Positions 30,504-40,175 are shown, counted from the first letter of the stretch. The stretch: DNA of 64,000 nucleotides from an uncultured Candidatus Rokubacteria bacterium (GCA_963805625.1 CAWDVE010000010.1:1888001-1952000); one strand, 5' to 3'. Notes: a model not told the origin generated them from the sequence alone. A program made the numbers and translations.

Positions 30504-30542
30504 TGCACTGTCTACCGTGCAGGGTGCACTGTACACAGTGCA
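30504..30542. repeat. 39-bp double-palindrome repeat, copy 1
   Basis: TGCACTGTCTACCGTGCA-GGG-TGCACTGTACACAGTGCA; 33/39 identical to the reverse complement of 40359-40397. Confidence 0.85.
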
Positions 30543-30580
30543 CCCCCGTACCCGGGTCCGGAGAGACCGTCGCTCAGCTC

Positions 30581-31120
30581 TCAGCCCACCGAATGGCGCA
30601 ACACCGGGCCGCTGAGAGTGTCCGCGCCAATGGACAGATAGAGCTCGCGGTCGCTCACGGACAGGCTCCACGCCACGCGGCGCTCGAGACGCGCCGCCAG
30701 CGCGCCGATCAGCTTGCGGTCGATCGCGTAGAGCTCGAGCGCCTCGACGCGGTGGATCCGCGCGCCGGCGAGGCTCGCGATTAGCCGCGCCGGATCCTTG
30801 TGCGTGTACACGGCGACGCGCGGCACGGCCTTGGACGCTCGGTGCAGCCGTGCCGCGTCCGGCGTGCCCACGTCGATCCACGAGCGGAGCGCCCCGGTGA
30901 GATCACGAACCGCAATCGCCGGCTCGTCGGGCTCGGCCAACCCGCGCGAGAACTCGATACCCTCAGTGAACTCCAGCGCGTAGGCGAGGACGCGCGTCAC
31001 GAGATAGTCCTCGGTCTCGGACGGATGCCGGGCAACCCGGAGCGCCAGCGACTCGTAGACCTCCCGGTCCGAGTCCGCGAGGTCGATGTCGAAGGTGTGG
31101 ATCGTCGCGGTGAGTGCCAC
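30581..31120 (-). CDS. yaeQ: YaeQ family protein
   Basis: MALTATIH...ARHPSET...RVLAYAL...DEPA...WIDVG-PD...RASK. Confidence 0.93.
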   Translation of the reverse strand: MALTATIHTFDIDLADSDREVYESLALRVARHPSETEDYLVTRVLAYALEFTEGIEFSRGLAEPDEPAIAVRDLTGALRSWIDVGTPDAARLHRASKAVPRVAVYTHKDPARLIASLAGARIHRVEALELYAIDRKLIGALAARLERRVAWSLSVSDRELYLSIGADTLSGPVLRHSVG

Positions 31121-31144
31121 GCGGTCGCCTCGAGCTCGCGGAAA

Positions 31145-31486
31145 TCAGACCAGTTGCACGGAGTCGACAAGCCGAGCCACGCCCGCCAGTCTATCCATGA
31201 AGGCCTGCACGAAGGGCCCGAACATCCGGACGAGCAGCGCGCGCTCGCGGCCCGTGAAGGCGCAGCCATCTAGCCGGCTTGTGGTGGGGTCGAAGCTGAT
31301 GCTCTTTGAACGACCATCCGACGCCGACGCCGTGAACAGGCTACGCTCTTCCGACGCGATCTCTAACGGGAGGTTACGCAGGACGAGGACATCGCCGCCC
31401 TCGATGTACTCGGTCGCCGTTCCGGCGGGCGGTGCAACGGCCTCCCCGCCCCACGTCGTGACGGTGTTGATCGTACGAATGGCCAT
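31145..31486 (-). pseudogene. Truncated Kdo hydroxylase (KdoO)-like N-terminal fragment
   Basis: IEGGDVLVLRNLPL...SDGRSKSISFDP...L-G resembles the KdoO N-terminus; only 113 aa. Confidence 0.5.
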
Positions 31487-31862
31487 TGGGGTCCTTCGCC
31501 GCCGGTGCCCTGAGTGTCGATTCTAGTCTAGCGACTCCGCCACTGCTGGTCACCGATGCCGCCGGGGCGTTCGCCCGGCACGCGGCTGCCGCGGCGTGAC
31601 GCCGGATTGTAGGCAGCTCGGGACCGTGAGGTCAACGGCCTGCGGCCTGCGGAGGATAGGAGTCGCCGCCGCGGCCCTCGGACAGATCTCCGGTCCGAGT
31701 CGGACAGCTCGATGTCGACGATCGTCGTGCTCGGATCCGATCATGGACGGGAACCGACCCGAGATGCGCTCGGAGGGACACAGCGGCGTCCCGCCAGACA
31801 GGCGCGAGAGGCGAACGGACCTTGCGCCCCGGCGGGCGCCCGGACTACGCTGGCTCCGTCCC

Positions 31863-32930
31863 ATGAGCGAGCTCCGCGCGGTTTCGACTGGACCGGGACG
31901 GAGAACCGCGACGCTTCGCGTGGGCGTGGTCGGCATCGGGCGACGCGGCCGGCAATGGCTGCGGATCGTCCGCGAGACGTCCGGCTTCGAGCTGGCGGCG
32001 TGCGTCGACGCGGACGCGGCCGCGTTGCGCCACGCGACGACCGGATTGGGTGTGCCAGCCGAGCGCTGTCACGAGCGCCTCGAAGCTGCCCTGGATGCGT
32101 CGCGCCCCGACGCGCTCATCGTCGCCACCCCACTGGACAGGCACGTGGACCCGTGCCGGACTGCCCTCGGGCGCGGCCTGCCCGTGCTGGTGGAGAAGCC
32201 GTTCGCGACGAGCCTCCGCGAGGCCCGGCAGCTCCAGGCGCTTGCGGACCAGACGCGCGCCCCGCTCCTCGTGGGACAGAACTACCGGTACACGCGCATG
32301 GTCCGAGCCGTCCGGCGGCTGGTGGACGAAGGCTCGCTCGGCCGGGTCGGCATGGTCTCCTGTCAGGCATACCGGGGCCAGCAGGACCCGACCGCGCCCT
32401 CCGCGAGGACGGTTCGCGACGGCCTCCTCTGGGAAACCGCGGTCCACCATCTCGACGCCTTGCGCTACATGCTGGGCCAGGAGGTGGTCCGCGTCATGGC
32501 CGAGAGCTTCTCCCTGCCCTGGAGCGCCTCGCCTCCGGGCGGCTCCGTCCAGATCCTGCTCGACTTCGACGGCGGCAGCCGGGCTTCGTACTGTGCCACC
32601 TACGACACGGTGGGCAACGAGTTCTTCGAGCGCGGAAATCGCTTCTACCTGCGGATGCTCGGCGAGCACGGCACCCTGTCCGTGTGGCAGCGCTGGGCCT
32701 TCCTCTGCCTGCGAGGCCGGGCGCCCCGGTTGGTCCCGCGCGGCCGCCGGAAGGTCTCGGAGGAGGTCACGCTCCTGCGTCAGCTGGAGCGGGCCGTGCG
32801 ATCGGGGGAAGAGCCCGAGTGCAGCGGGCGCGACAACCTCAGGACCGTGGCGGTGCTCGAGGCCTGCGCCCGGTCGGCGGCCGAGGGGCGGTGGGTCGAT
32901 CCGCGGGAGCTCCTCCGTGAGCCGATCTGA
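31863..32930 (+). CDS. Gfo/Idh/MocA oxidoreductase
   Basis: VGVVGIGRRG, VLVEKP, QNYRY and AVHHLD motifs. Confidence 0.92.
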   Translation: MSELRAVSTGPGRRTATLRVGVVGIGRRGRQWLRIVRETSGFELAACVDADAAALRHATTGLGVPAERCHERLEAALDASRPDALIVATPLDRHVDPCRTALGRGLPVLVEKPFATSLREARQLQALADQTRAPLLVGQNYRYTRMVRAVRRLVDEGSLGRVGMVSCQAYRGQQDPTAPSARTVRDGLLWETAVHHLDALRYMLGQEVVRVMAESFSLPWSASPPGGSVQILLDFDGGSRASYCATYDTVGNEFFERGNRFYLRMLGEHGTLSVWQRWAFLCLRGRAPRLVPRGRRKVSEEVTLLRQLERAVRSGEEPECSGRDNLRTVAVLEACARSAAEGRWVDPRELLREPI

Positions 32931-34407
32931 CCGGCGCCCCGTGGTGGCCGTGGGGATCGACGCGGCCGAGCCGGCGCTGGTGCGGGCCCTGATGGCGCGG
33001 GGGGATCTCCCCTGCCTGCGGGCCCTCCTCGAGCGCGGCGCGTGGGGGCGCGTCACGTCGCCGGCCGACATCGGGAGCGGCGCCGTGTGGCCGACCTTCA
33101 TGACCGGCTCGGATCCCCTGCACCACGGCATCTGCTACGACTGGCCGTGGGATCCCGAGCGGATGCGCATCGCACACCTCACCACGAGCCACCTGACGCC
33201 CTTCTGGAAGACCCTCGCCCTGGAGGGGTATACGATCGGAGTCCTGGACGTCCCCTTCGCGCCCATCGCAGGCCTGCCGACAGGGATCGAGATCAGCGAG
33301 TGGGGCAGCCACGACTGGCTACTGGGGCGGCTGACGGTGTCCCCGGCGTCACGGACCGGCTGGGTAAGGACCCACGGTGGAGTCCATCCCTTCGCCACGA
33401 GCTCCGTCGACGACACCTCGGGGCCCGGCGACGCGCGGGGCCTCCGCCGGATGGCCGCCGCCTGCCTCGCTGGCGTCCAGGCTCGGGGCACGCTGGCGGT
33501 CCGGTTGCTCGCCGAGATGAAGCTCGACCTCCTGCTGGTGGTCTTCCCCGAGATCCACAAGAGCTCGCACGTTCTGTGGCACACCGTCGACCCGGCGCGC
33601 CCGGCCCACGAGGCCATGCCGCTCGACGGCGACAAGCTGGTGGAGATCTTCCGGGAGATGGACCGGCAGATCGGACGGCTCGCGGAGGCGGCAGGCTCCG
33701 AGGCCACGTTTCTCGTGTTCTCCCTCCACGGCATGCGCGCCCAACAAGGGGTGCCGACGATTCTCAACCCCTTGTTGAGCACGCTCGGCTTTGCGGCCGC
33801 CCGCAGCGGGCGAGCGCGGCCGTGGCCAGAGCGCGCCCGCCACGCGTTCGTCGCCGGAAAGCGCCTCGCCCCGGCAGCCGTCAAGCGGTTGTTTCATCAT
33901 CTGGCTCCCCGCTCGGTGACCCAGCGGGTGGACCACCAGAGCCTGCAGGTCGACTACGACTGGTCGCGGACTGTTGCCTTTCCCCTGCCGACCGACCAGC
34001 ACGGCTGGATCCGGCTCAACCTCGCTGGCCGTGAGAGTCAGGGGGCTCTCCAGCCCGAGCAGTACCCCGAGGTGTGCGCGCGTCTCGACCGGCTACTCAG
34101 AGGCCTGCGGACCGCGGACGGCCGACGCGTCGTCAGGGAGGTCCGCTGTATCGCCGGGGACGGGGACGGCCGCCCGCCCCGTACCCTCCCGGATCTCGTC
34201 GTTCACTGGGAAGATGCGGCCGAAGCCGCTCCCCTCCGCCTCGCGAGCCCCGCGGTACAGGCCTACCCCATCGGCACCAAGGTCTCGGGACACCACGCGC
34301 CCGTCGGCTTCTTCATCTGGCGCGGGCCGTTCGGGAGCCCCGCCGTGCCCGATGCTGTGGCGGCCGAAGATCTTCACCGGCTGCTCCACGGAGCCCTGAG
34401 AGGCTAG
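32917..34407 (+). CDS. Alkaline phosphatase superfamily (nucleotide pyrophosphatase/phosphodiesterase-like) protein
   Basis: GIDAAE, SGAVWPTFMTG-P-HG, FSLHGM, IRLNLAGRE-G and GHH motifs. Confidence 0.85.
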   Translation: MSRSDRRPVVAVGIDAAEPALVRALMARGDLPCLRALLERGAWGRVTSPADIGSGAVWPTFMTGSDPLHHGICYDWPWDPERMRIAHLTTSHLTPFWKTLALEGYTIGVLDVPFAPIAGLPTGIEISEWGSHDWLLGRLTVSPASRTGWVRTHGGVHPFATSSVDDTSGPGDARGLRRMAAACLAGVQARGTLAVRLLAEMKLDLLLVVFPEIHKSSHVLWHTVDPARPAHEAMPLDGDKLVEIFREMDRQIGRLAEAAGSEATFLVFSLHGMRAQQGVPTILNPLLSTLGFAAARSGRARPWPERARHAFVAGKRLAPAAVKRLFHHLAPRSVTQRVDHQSLQVDYDWSRTVAFPLPTDQHGWIRLNLAGRESQGALQPEQYPEVCARLDRLLRGLRTADGRRVVREVRCIAGDGDGRPPRTLPDLVVHWEDAAEAAPLRLASPAVQAYPIGTKVSGHHAPVGFFIWRGPFGSPAVPDAVAAEDLHRLLHGALRG

Positions 34408-34415
34408 CCCACAGG

Positions 34416-35648
34416 GTGACCGACGCCCCCTCGCGCCGGCTTCGGGTTCTCGCCGTCATCGCCTCGTCGGACCTCGGGGGTGCCGAGCGTGCCTTCGCTT
34501 CAGTACTGAAGGGGCTCGATCCGGATCGCTTCCAGGTGTTTGTCGTCTGCCACGGCCAGGGGCCGATCACCGACGAGTACCGGCGGCATGCGGCGGGCCT
34601 GTGGGCGCTGCCGCTGACCAGCATCTTCGAGGCCCGGAGCGTGGCGGCCCTCGCCGGGCTGATGCGACGTCTGAAGTGCGAGATCGTGCACTCCTACCTC
34701 TGGACCTCCGACGTGCTCGTGGGGCTGGCAAGCACGCTGGCTCGGGTGCCGATCCGGCTCGCCACCGTTGGCGGCGAATACTTTCGCGCGGTCGACGACC
34801 GGGGGATTCGGCGGGCCAGGAAGGCGCTCCTCTCCCGCGGGTACCGCGTAGCCTACTGGCCCTTCGACCGGGTGATCGCCGTGTCCCGCCGCACGGCCGA
34901 GGACCTCACGAGTCGCACCGGGATCCGCGTCGACCCTCGGAAGGTGATCACCATTCTCAACGGCCTCGATCTCGATCGGGTCGGCCCGATGTCTGGAGTC
35001 TCGCGCGCCGACCTCGCGCTGGCCGGGACAGCCCCCGTGCTCGTGACCGTGGCCAACTTCGTGCCCATGAAAGGGCATCGGTGGCTGTTCGAGGCGATGC
35101 CCGGCATCCTGGCTCGGTTCCCCGACGCTACGCTGATCCTCGCGGGGAGCGGGCCCGGACTCGAGGCAGCCCGTGAGCGTGTCGCCGCCGCGGGCATGGC
35201 GCGGCGTGTCCGCATCCTGGGGCCTCGGGCCGATGGCGTGGATCTGCTCGGCCTGAGCGACGTGGTCGTGCTGCCGTCGGTCGCCGCCGAGGGGCTGCCG
35301 ATCGTGATCCTGGAGGCGCTCGCGCTCGGGAAGCCAGTCGTCGCAACGCGGGTCGGCGGTATTCCCGAGGTCATCCAGGACGGCAAGACCGGGCTGCTCG
35401 TCCTCCCGGGAGACCCACAGGCTCTGGCGGACGCGGTCTCGGCCCTGCTCGCGGACCCCGCGCGGGCCGCGGCGATGGCTGCGCGTGGGCGTGCGGCGGT
35501 GCGCGCTAGGTTCTCGGCCGACGCGATGGTGCGACAGATCGAGCGCCTCTATCTCGAGCTGGCGGCGGCCAAGGGCCTCATGGGCGGAGGCGCGGGAGCC
35601 CACAGGCCGCCACAGGCCGAAGGCCGTCCGAGGGATGCCGTCCGATGA
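34416..35648 (+). CDS. Glycosyltransferase family 4
   Basis: GGAER, KGH and EGLPIVILEALALGKPVVATRVGGIPE motifs. Confidence 0.93.
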   Translation: MTDAPSRRLRVLAVIASSDLGGAERAFASVLKGLDPDRFQVFVVCHGQGPITDEYRRHAAGLWALPLTSIFEARSVAALAGLMRRLKCEIVHSYLWTSDVLVGLASTLARVPIRLATVGGEYFRAVDDRGIRRARKALLSRGYRVAYWPFDRVIAVSRRTAEDLTSRTGIRVDPRKVITILNGLDLDRVGPMSGVSRADLALAGTAPVLVTVANFVPMKGHRWLFEAMPGILARFPDATLILAGSGPGLEAARERVAAAGMARRVRILGPRADGVDLLGLSDVVVLPSVAAEGLPIVILEALALGKPVVATRVGGIPEVIQDGKTGLLVLPGDPQALADAVSALLADPARAAAMAARGRAAVRARFSADAMVRQIERLYLELAAAKGLMGGGAGAHRPPQAEGRPRDAVR

Positions 35649-35679
35649 ACGCCGGCGGAGACCGGGTAGCTCAGTGAGC

Positions 35680-36921
35680 ATGACGGACGCCGTGGACAGG
35701 CGTCACGACGTCATCTGCTTGTCGTCCATCGACTGGGACCTGCTTTGGCAGGGACACCACGAGATTGCGGTGACCCTCGCGGCGCGAGGGCACCGGGTCC
35801 TCTTCGTCGAGAACACCGGGGTGCGCCCTGCCGGGCTCCGGGACATACCCCGCCTCCGCCAGCGGATCCGCAACTGGCGGCGCGGCACCCGGGGGTTCCG
35901 CCGGGAGCGGGAGAACCTCTTCGTCTACTCGCCGTTGCTTCTGCCGTTCCCTTACTCGTCGATGGCCCGCCGGATCAACCGCGCGGTCATGCTCAGGACA
36001 CTGGGCGCGTGGATGGGACCGTCGGGCTCCGAACGCTCGATCGTCTGGACCTTCCTCCCCACGCCCCTGGTCCACGATCTGATCCACGGACTCCGGCCCG
36101 CCCTCACCGTCTACTACTGCGTCAACGACTTCGCGGCGAGCTCCCCGGCGGCTGTACGCATCATCCCCAGCGAAACCCGTCTCTTCGAGAAGGCGGACCT
36201 GGTGTTCGCCAGCTCGGAGACGCTCCGGGCCCGCGCCGCCCGGCTCGGCGACGACGTCCACCTGTTCCCGTTCGGAGTCGACTTCCGGATGTTCGAGGAG
36301 GCACGTCAGACGACGGCGGAGCTGCCGGAGGATCTCCAGCCGTTCCAGCGGCCGCTGGTAGGGTACCTCGGAGGCGTGCACCGGTGGGTGGATCAGGACC
36401 TTCTGGCGGCGGTCGCCGCGCGGATGCCCGAGGCGAGCTTCGTCCTCGTGGGCCCGGTCCAGGCCGAGGTCTCTCGGCTGGCCCGGAGTCCGAACGTGCA
36501 TTTCCTCGGCGCGCGGCCGCACGCGCAGGTACCGGGCTACATCAAGGGATTCGACGTGGGCCTGGTTCCCTACCGCCTGGCTCCGTACACGGCCGACGTC
36601 TATCCCGCCAAGCTGAACGAGTACCTGGCGATGGGAATCCCCGTGGTGGCCACCGACCTCCCCGCGATCCGGCGCTTCAATGCCGAGCACGGGCCGGTGG
36701 TGGCGGTGGGACACGACGCCGACGCCTTCGCGACAGCGATCCGAGAGGCCATGAACGAGCGCGCCCCGGCCACGATCGAGCGGCGGATCGAGGTGGCGCG
36801 GCAGAACCGCTGGGACGAGCGGATCGCCAGGATGCTGAGCCTCGTCGAGGAGCGACTCCGAGCGCGGGCGCGCGACACGGGCCGCCCCGCCCGAGTCGCA
36901 CAGGATCCCCGACCACCATGA
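35680..36921 (+). CDS. Glycosyltransferase (GT-B, TuaH-like)
   Basis: SSIDW, VYYCV-D, FDVGLVPY and P-KLNEYLA-G-PVV motifs. Confidence 0.9.
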   Translation: MTDAVDRRHDVICLSSIDWDLLWQGHHEIAVTLAARGHRVLFVENTGVRPAGLRDIPRLRQRIRNWRRGTRGFRRERENLFVYSPLLLPFPYSSMARRINRAVMLRTLGAWMGPSGSERSIVWTFLPTPLVHDLIHGLRPALTVYYCVNDFAASSPAAVRIIPSETRLFEKADLVFASSETLRARAARLGDDVHLFPFGVDFRMFEEARQTTAELPEDLQPFQRPLVGYLGGVHRWVDQDLLAAVAARMPEASFVLVGPVQAEVSRLARSPNVHFLGARPHAQVPGYIKGFDVGLVPYRLAPYTADVYPAKLNEYLAMGIPVVATDLPAIRRFNAEHGPVVAVGHDADAFATAIREAMNERAPATIERRIEVARQNRWDERIARMLSLVEERLRARARDTGRPARVAQDPRPP

Positions 36922-37112
36922 CGTCACGGTGACTCGGACGCTTCAAGCGGAATCGCTTCAGGGCGGCCCCCGGCGCCCGCCCAGGGCGGCGGTCACACCC
37001 CCGAACACCAGCGCGCGCCGACTCAGCACGCGCCGAGGCTATCCGCCCATCCGCGACAGGTCAAGCTTGCACATCGGGTGCACATCGGGCTGTGGACGTC
37101 ACCTTGAGGCGG

Positions 37113-37478
37113 CTAGCACGGCGAATCGATGCACGTGATGAGCTTCATGCGTCCGGCAACGAAATTGCCGACTTGCTTGGCTTGGTCGAACTTTGCCGCC
37201 ACGGCCATGACGACGGCGATGGCTGGCTGCTGGCCGCGACCGACGCAGGTGATCGCAACGTAGGCTCCGTCCTTCTCGCCGGCGACCTCCGCCCCGCTCT
37301 TGTGGGTGTTTCGAAAGCCTTGGTTGCGGGCGACGTCGCCCGCGAATCTGAGGCATGTAGCCTCCGACGCGGTCTTGACAGCGGTCTTCTCGAAGTACAG
37401 CGCGTCGGCACTCGCGCTCGAGGTGACACTCAGGGCGATCACCACGGCAGCGCAGGACACGGGGCATAGCTTGCGCAT
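37113..37478 (-). CDS. Small secreted hypothetical protein with 4 Cys in the mature chain
   Basis: GGAGG RBS; signal peptide ending in ASA-D; C-terminal CIDSPC. Confidence 0.7.
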   Translation of the reverse strand: MRKLCPVSCAAVVIALSVTSSASADALYFEKTAVKTASEATCLRFAGDVARNQGFRNTHKSGAEVAGEKDGAYVAITCVGRGQQPAIAVVMAVAAKFDQAKQVGNFVAGRMKLITCIDSPC

Positions 37479-37573
37479 CGCGCACCTCCGTTAGACGAGA
37501 AGGAGTGAGACTACAGGGTGCCACCCTGCTCGGGCGGCGCGGCTCTGCTCGCTACGTCGTCCCCAACAGACTG

Positions 37574-38311
37574 CTACCGGAGCTTTCGGACGCGCACGCG
37601 CCGGAGGATCCGCCGGGCGCTGGGCGCGACTGGCGCGGCTCGACGCGACGCTGCCGGTGACCGCTTCTCGATCACGATCCGCGTCGCGCCCCGGATCCGG
37701 AACACCACGCCCTGCGCCGCGTGCACGGTCACCCGCGCGGGCTGGAACCCGTCCCGGCTGGCGTCGACGTATACGGGCGGCACGGTCCGCAGGTTTGTCC
37801 CCGGGGGAATCGGCGTGACCTGGATCTCCCCCTGCCCCGTCCCAGCCTGGCTGGCGACCGAGTAGGTGGTCGGCTCGATGAACGCCAGGGCGAACATGTC
37901 CCCGTCCGACAGGGCCCGGCTGTCGAACACCGCCCCGCCCCCTTCCTTCGCCTCCCCGACCACGACCGCATAGCCGCCCGCGCCGCGCGATGCGTGAAAG
38001 AGCACGTACCCCTGCGGAGACACCGCCGGGGCGCTCTCCGGATGCTCCCGGCAGGCGCACCGGGCCGGCGAGCCGATGGGAAGCGCCACCGAGGCCAGGT
38101 CGATGTTGAGCTGCGTGCCCGCCGTGTCGTCGGTGACCCGGAAGCACGTCGTGCCCACCCGCTCGCCGTCGCGGAGCACCACCGCCTGGTACGTTCCGGC
38201 GGCCGGGAAGCGGTGAATCACGTGCACGAGCAGACCGAGCGCTCCGCTGTCGAAGGACGAGGTCGTCAGCAGCCGATGATTGAGCCGGACGCTGCTCTTC
38301 ACGGTCGTCAC
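37574..38311 (-). CDS. Hypothetical protein with cupredoxin-like repeats (operon gene C)
   Basis: Two FDS-AL...F...TY repeats and FQPARVTV; GTG start overlaps the upstream TGA. Confidence 0.8.
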   Translation of the reverse strand: MTTVKSSVRLNHRLLTTSSFDSGALGLLVHVIHRFPAAGTYQAVVLRDGERVGTTCFRVTDDTAGTQLNIDLASVALPIGSPARCACREHPESAPAVSPQGYVLFHASRGAGGYAVVVGEAKEGGGAVFDSRALSDGDMFALAFIEPTTYSVASQAGTGQGEIQVTPIPPGTNLRTVPPVYVDASRDGFQPARVTVHAAQGVVFRIRGATRIVIEKRSPAASRRAAPVAPSARRILRRVRVRKLR

Positions 38312-39246
38312 CCCACGCTTCCCTCGAGCACCAACTCGACGTCGTCGTTGGAGACGGTCAGATCGCGGATCGGGAGCTTCACCGGCACGAGATCGGGCAG
38401 CGGCGGCTGACCCGTCTTGTTGTTCGGATTGGGCGCCTTGTCCAGGATCGGATACGGGTCCTCCAGCTCGAACAGCGGATCATCGGTCACGAAGTGCTCG
38501 ATCAGAGCCTGCCCGATGATGTTCTCGAGACCGAGGCTGACGCCAAGGAGGTCGATGAGCCACTCCTGAACGTCGTCGCCGATGTCCAGGAGGCTGCGCA
38601 CCAGCTCCACGAGCGACCCCAGGATATCCGCGATCGGGCCCGGGATCCCGAGGGCCTCCACCGCGGCCTCGATGGCCTCGTCGAGCAGGTCGCCCACGGT
38701 GTCGGCGACGTCGATGATGTCGATGTCCACCGTCTTGGGATCGAGGAAGAGCTGCCAGGAGTTGGAGAGCTTCGGATCGGGAAGCTGGGCGTCCCACTGG
38801 TCCATGTTTGGGGGGCGGTCCGTGTTCACCTTGTACCGGGTGAGGAGCCGGCCGGTGATCGAGATCTCCGACGTGATCAGGCCGCCCAGCGGGAGCGTGA
38901 TCGAGATGTCCGGGTCGGCGCTGAACGCGCAGAGCGGAGGGATCTCCAGGATGCACCCGCCGAAAGGGTTCGGAATCAGGCAGAATCCCGGGATGCAGAA
39001 CTCCGGGATGTTGATGCCCAGGGTGAGGTTCAGCCGGTCCCACTTGAGGTCGAGCTCCTTCACCTGGACCGTGTTGTCGGCCCTCAGGTCGACACTCCCG
39101 CCTTCCAGGTGGACCTTGATGTCGTACCCGGCGGTGAACGGCCCGAGATCCACGGTGTCCGCCTTCTCGAAGACGAACTTCTCCACCACCTTGGCGAACA
39201 GCTTCTTGAAGGCCTGCTCCGAGGCGGCGACCCGCAGGTGCGGCAT
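38308..39246 (-). CDS. Hypothetical acidic protein with a 4-Cys hairpin (operon gene B)
   Basis: 312-aa ORF with strong GC3 bias; GAGGTG RBS inside the end of gene A. Confidence 0.85.
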   Translation of the reverse strand: MPHLRVAASEQAFKKLFAKVVEKFVFEKADTVDLGPFTAGYDIKVHLEGGSVDLRADNTVQVKELDLKWDRLNLTLGINIPEFCIPGFCLIPNPFGGCILEIPPLCAFSADPDISITLPLGGLITSEISITGRLLTRYKVNTDRPPNMDQWDAQLPDPKLSNSWQLFLDPKTVDIDIIDVADTVGDLLDEAIEAAVEALGIPGPIADILGSLVELVRSLLDIGDDVQEWLIDLLGVSLGLENIIGQALIEHFVTDDPLFELEDPYPILDKAPNPNNKTGQPPLPDLVPVKLPIRDLTVSNDDVELVLEGSVG

Positions 39247-39248
39247 GG

Positions 39249-40079
39249 CTAGCTCACCTCGAGATCGATGAAGGCCCGGACCTCGTCCTGCTCGATGGCG
39301 GGGTTGTTGGGCACCGCGGGCGACATCGCCACGGGCTTCGGCTGCACGGAGATCGTCACGTCGTCGGTGATGTCCAGCGCCATCTTCTCGAGCAGGATGC
39401 GCAGCTTCGGCAGGAAGCCCAGCCGGAGCGTCGCGTCGATGACGCACTCGATCCCGCTCTCGAGGTCCGCGGGCTGGATGTCGGAGATCTCGATCCGATC
39501 CACGAACGGCTCCAGGTAGAAGTGCTGGAAGTACTCCCGGAACCGCAGCCCGCCCACCGCGCAGGCGTCCAGGCAGACGCAGATGAGCTGCTGGTCGGGC
39601 GGCAGCACCACCTGGGGCGGCGGCGGGGGCGGCGGCTGGTTCGGGTCCGCGTCCGGGTCCGGCGGCGGCGGAATGAGATCGCTCACGACCTGGGCCGGCG
39701 GGCAGCCGATCCCCGCGCACACGCGGAGGCTGATCGCGAACCGCTGCACTCCCAGCGGGGACAGCTCGGGCGGCAGCGCCACCACGTTCGCGGGATGGAA
39801 GTCGATCTTGACGTCGACGAGCTGGACCGAGAAGTTCAGGGCGAAGTTGGTGCCCGGCAGCGCCAGGGGGTCGATGACCGTGACCAGCGGGTTGCTGTGC
39901 TGGTTCAGGCGCGGGTGCGCTGCGATGGGCTGCCGGCACAGCAAGGCCGGATTGTCCGCGATCGCCTGGGTCGCGTAGTTGAACATCGACGGCCGCTGGA
40001 ACCGGATGTGGTCGATGATCCGGTTGAAGCCATCCTCGTGGAAGGCCCCGAACACGTCGCAGTGGTCAGTGAACGCCAT
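39249..40079 (-). CDS. Hypothetical Cys/Pro-rich protein (operon gene A)
   Basis: 276 aa; GGAGG RBS; strong codon bias; 8 Cys. Confidence 0.85.
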   Translation of the reverse strand: MAFTDHCDVFGAFHEDGFNRIIDHIRFQRPSMFNYATQAIADNPALLCRQPIAAHPRLNQHSNPLVTVIDPLALPGTNFALNFSVQLVDVKIDFHPANVVALPPELSPLGVQRFAISLRVCAGIGCPPAQVVSDLIPPPPDPDADPNQPPPPPPPQVVLPPDQQLICVCLDACAVGGLRFREYFQHFYLEPFVDRIEISDIQPADLESGIECVIDATLRLGFLPKLRILLEKMALDITDDVTISVQPKPVAMSPAVPNNPAIEQDEVRAFIDLEVS

Positions 40080-40158
40080 TCACACGCCCTCCGCCGAACG
40101 CCGCCGCGCAGGAACCCGAGGTGTCGTCCGCATGTCACGTTCTCGGAGGTGCAGGGGA

Positions 40159-40175
40159 AGCGAGATTCGCGCCAA
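40159..40175 (-). promoter_or_regulatory. Putative sigma-54 promoter of the A-B-C operon
   Basis: Minus strand TTGGCGCGAATCTCGCT has GG-N10-GC spacing, about 80 bp upstream of gene A. Confidence 0.55.

Noticed and set aside
30504-30542. Palindromic repeats as a CRISPR array
   Set aside because: Only two 18-nt units separated by 3 nt, with no spacers and no cas genes in the window
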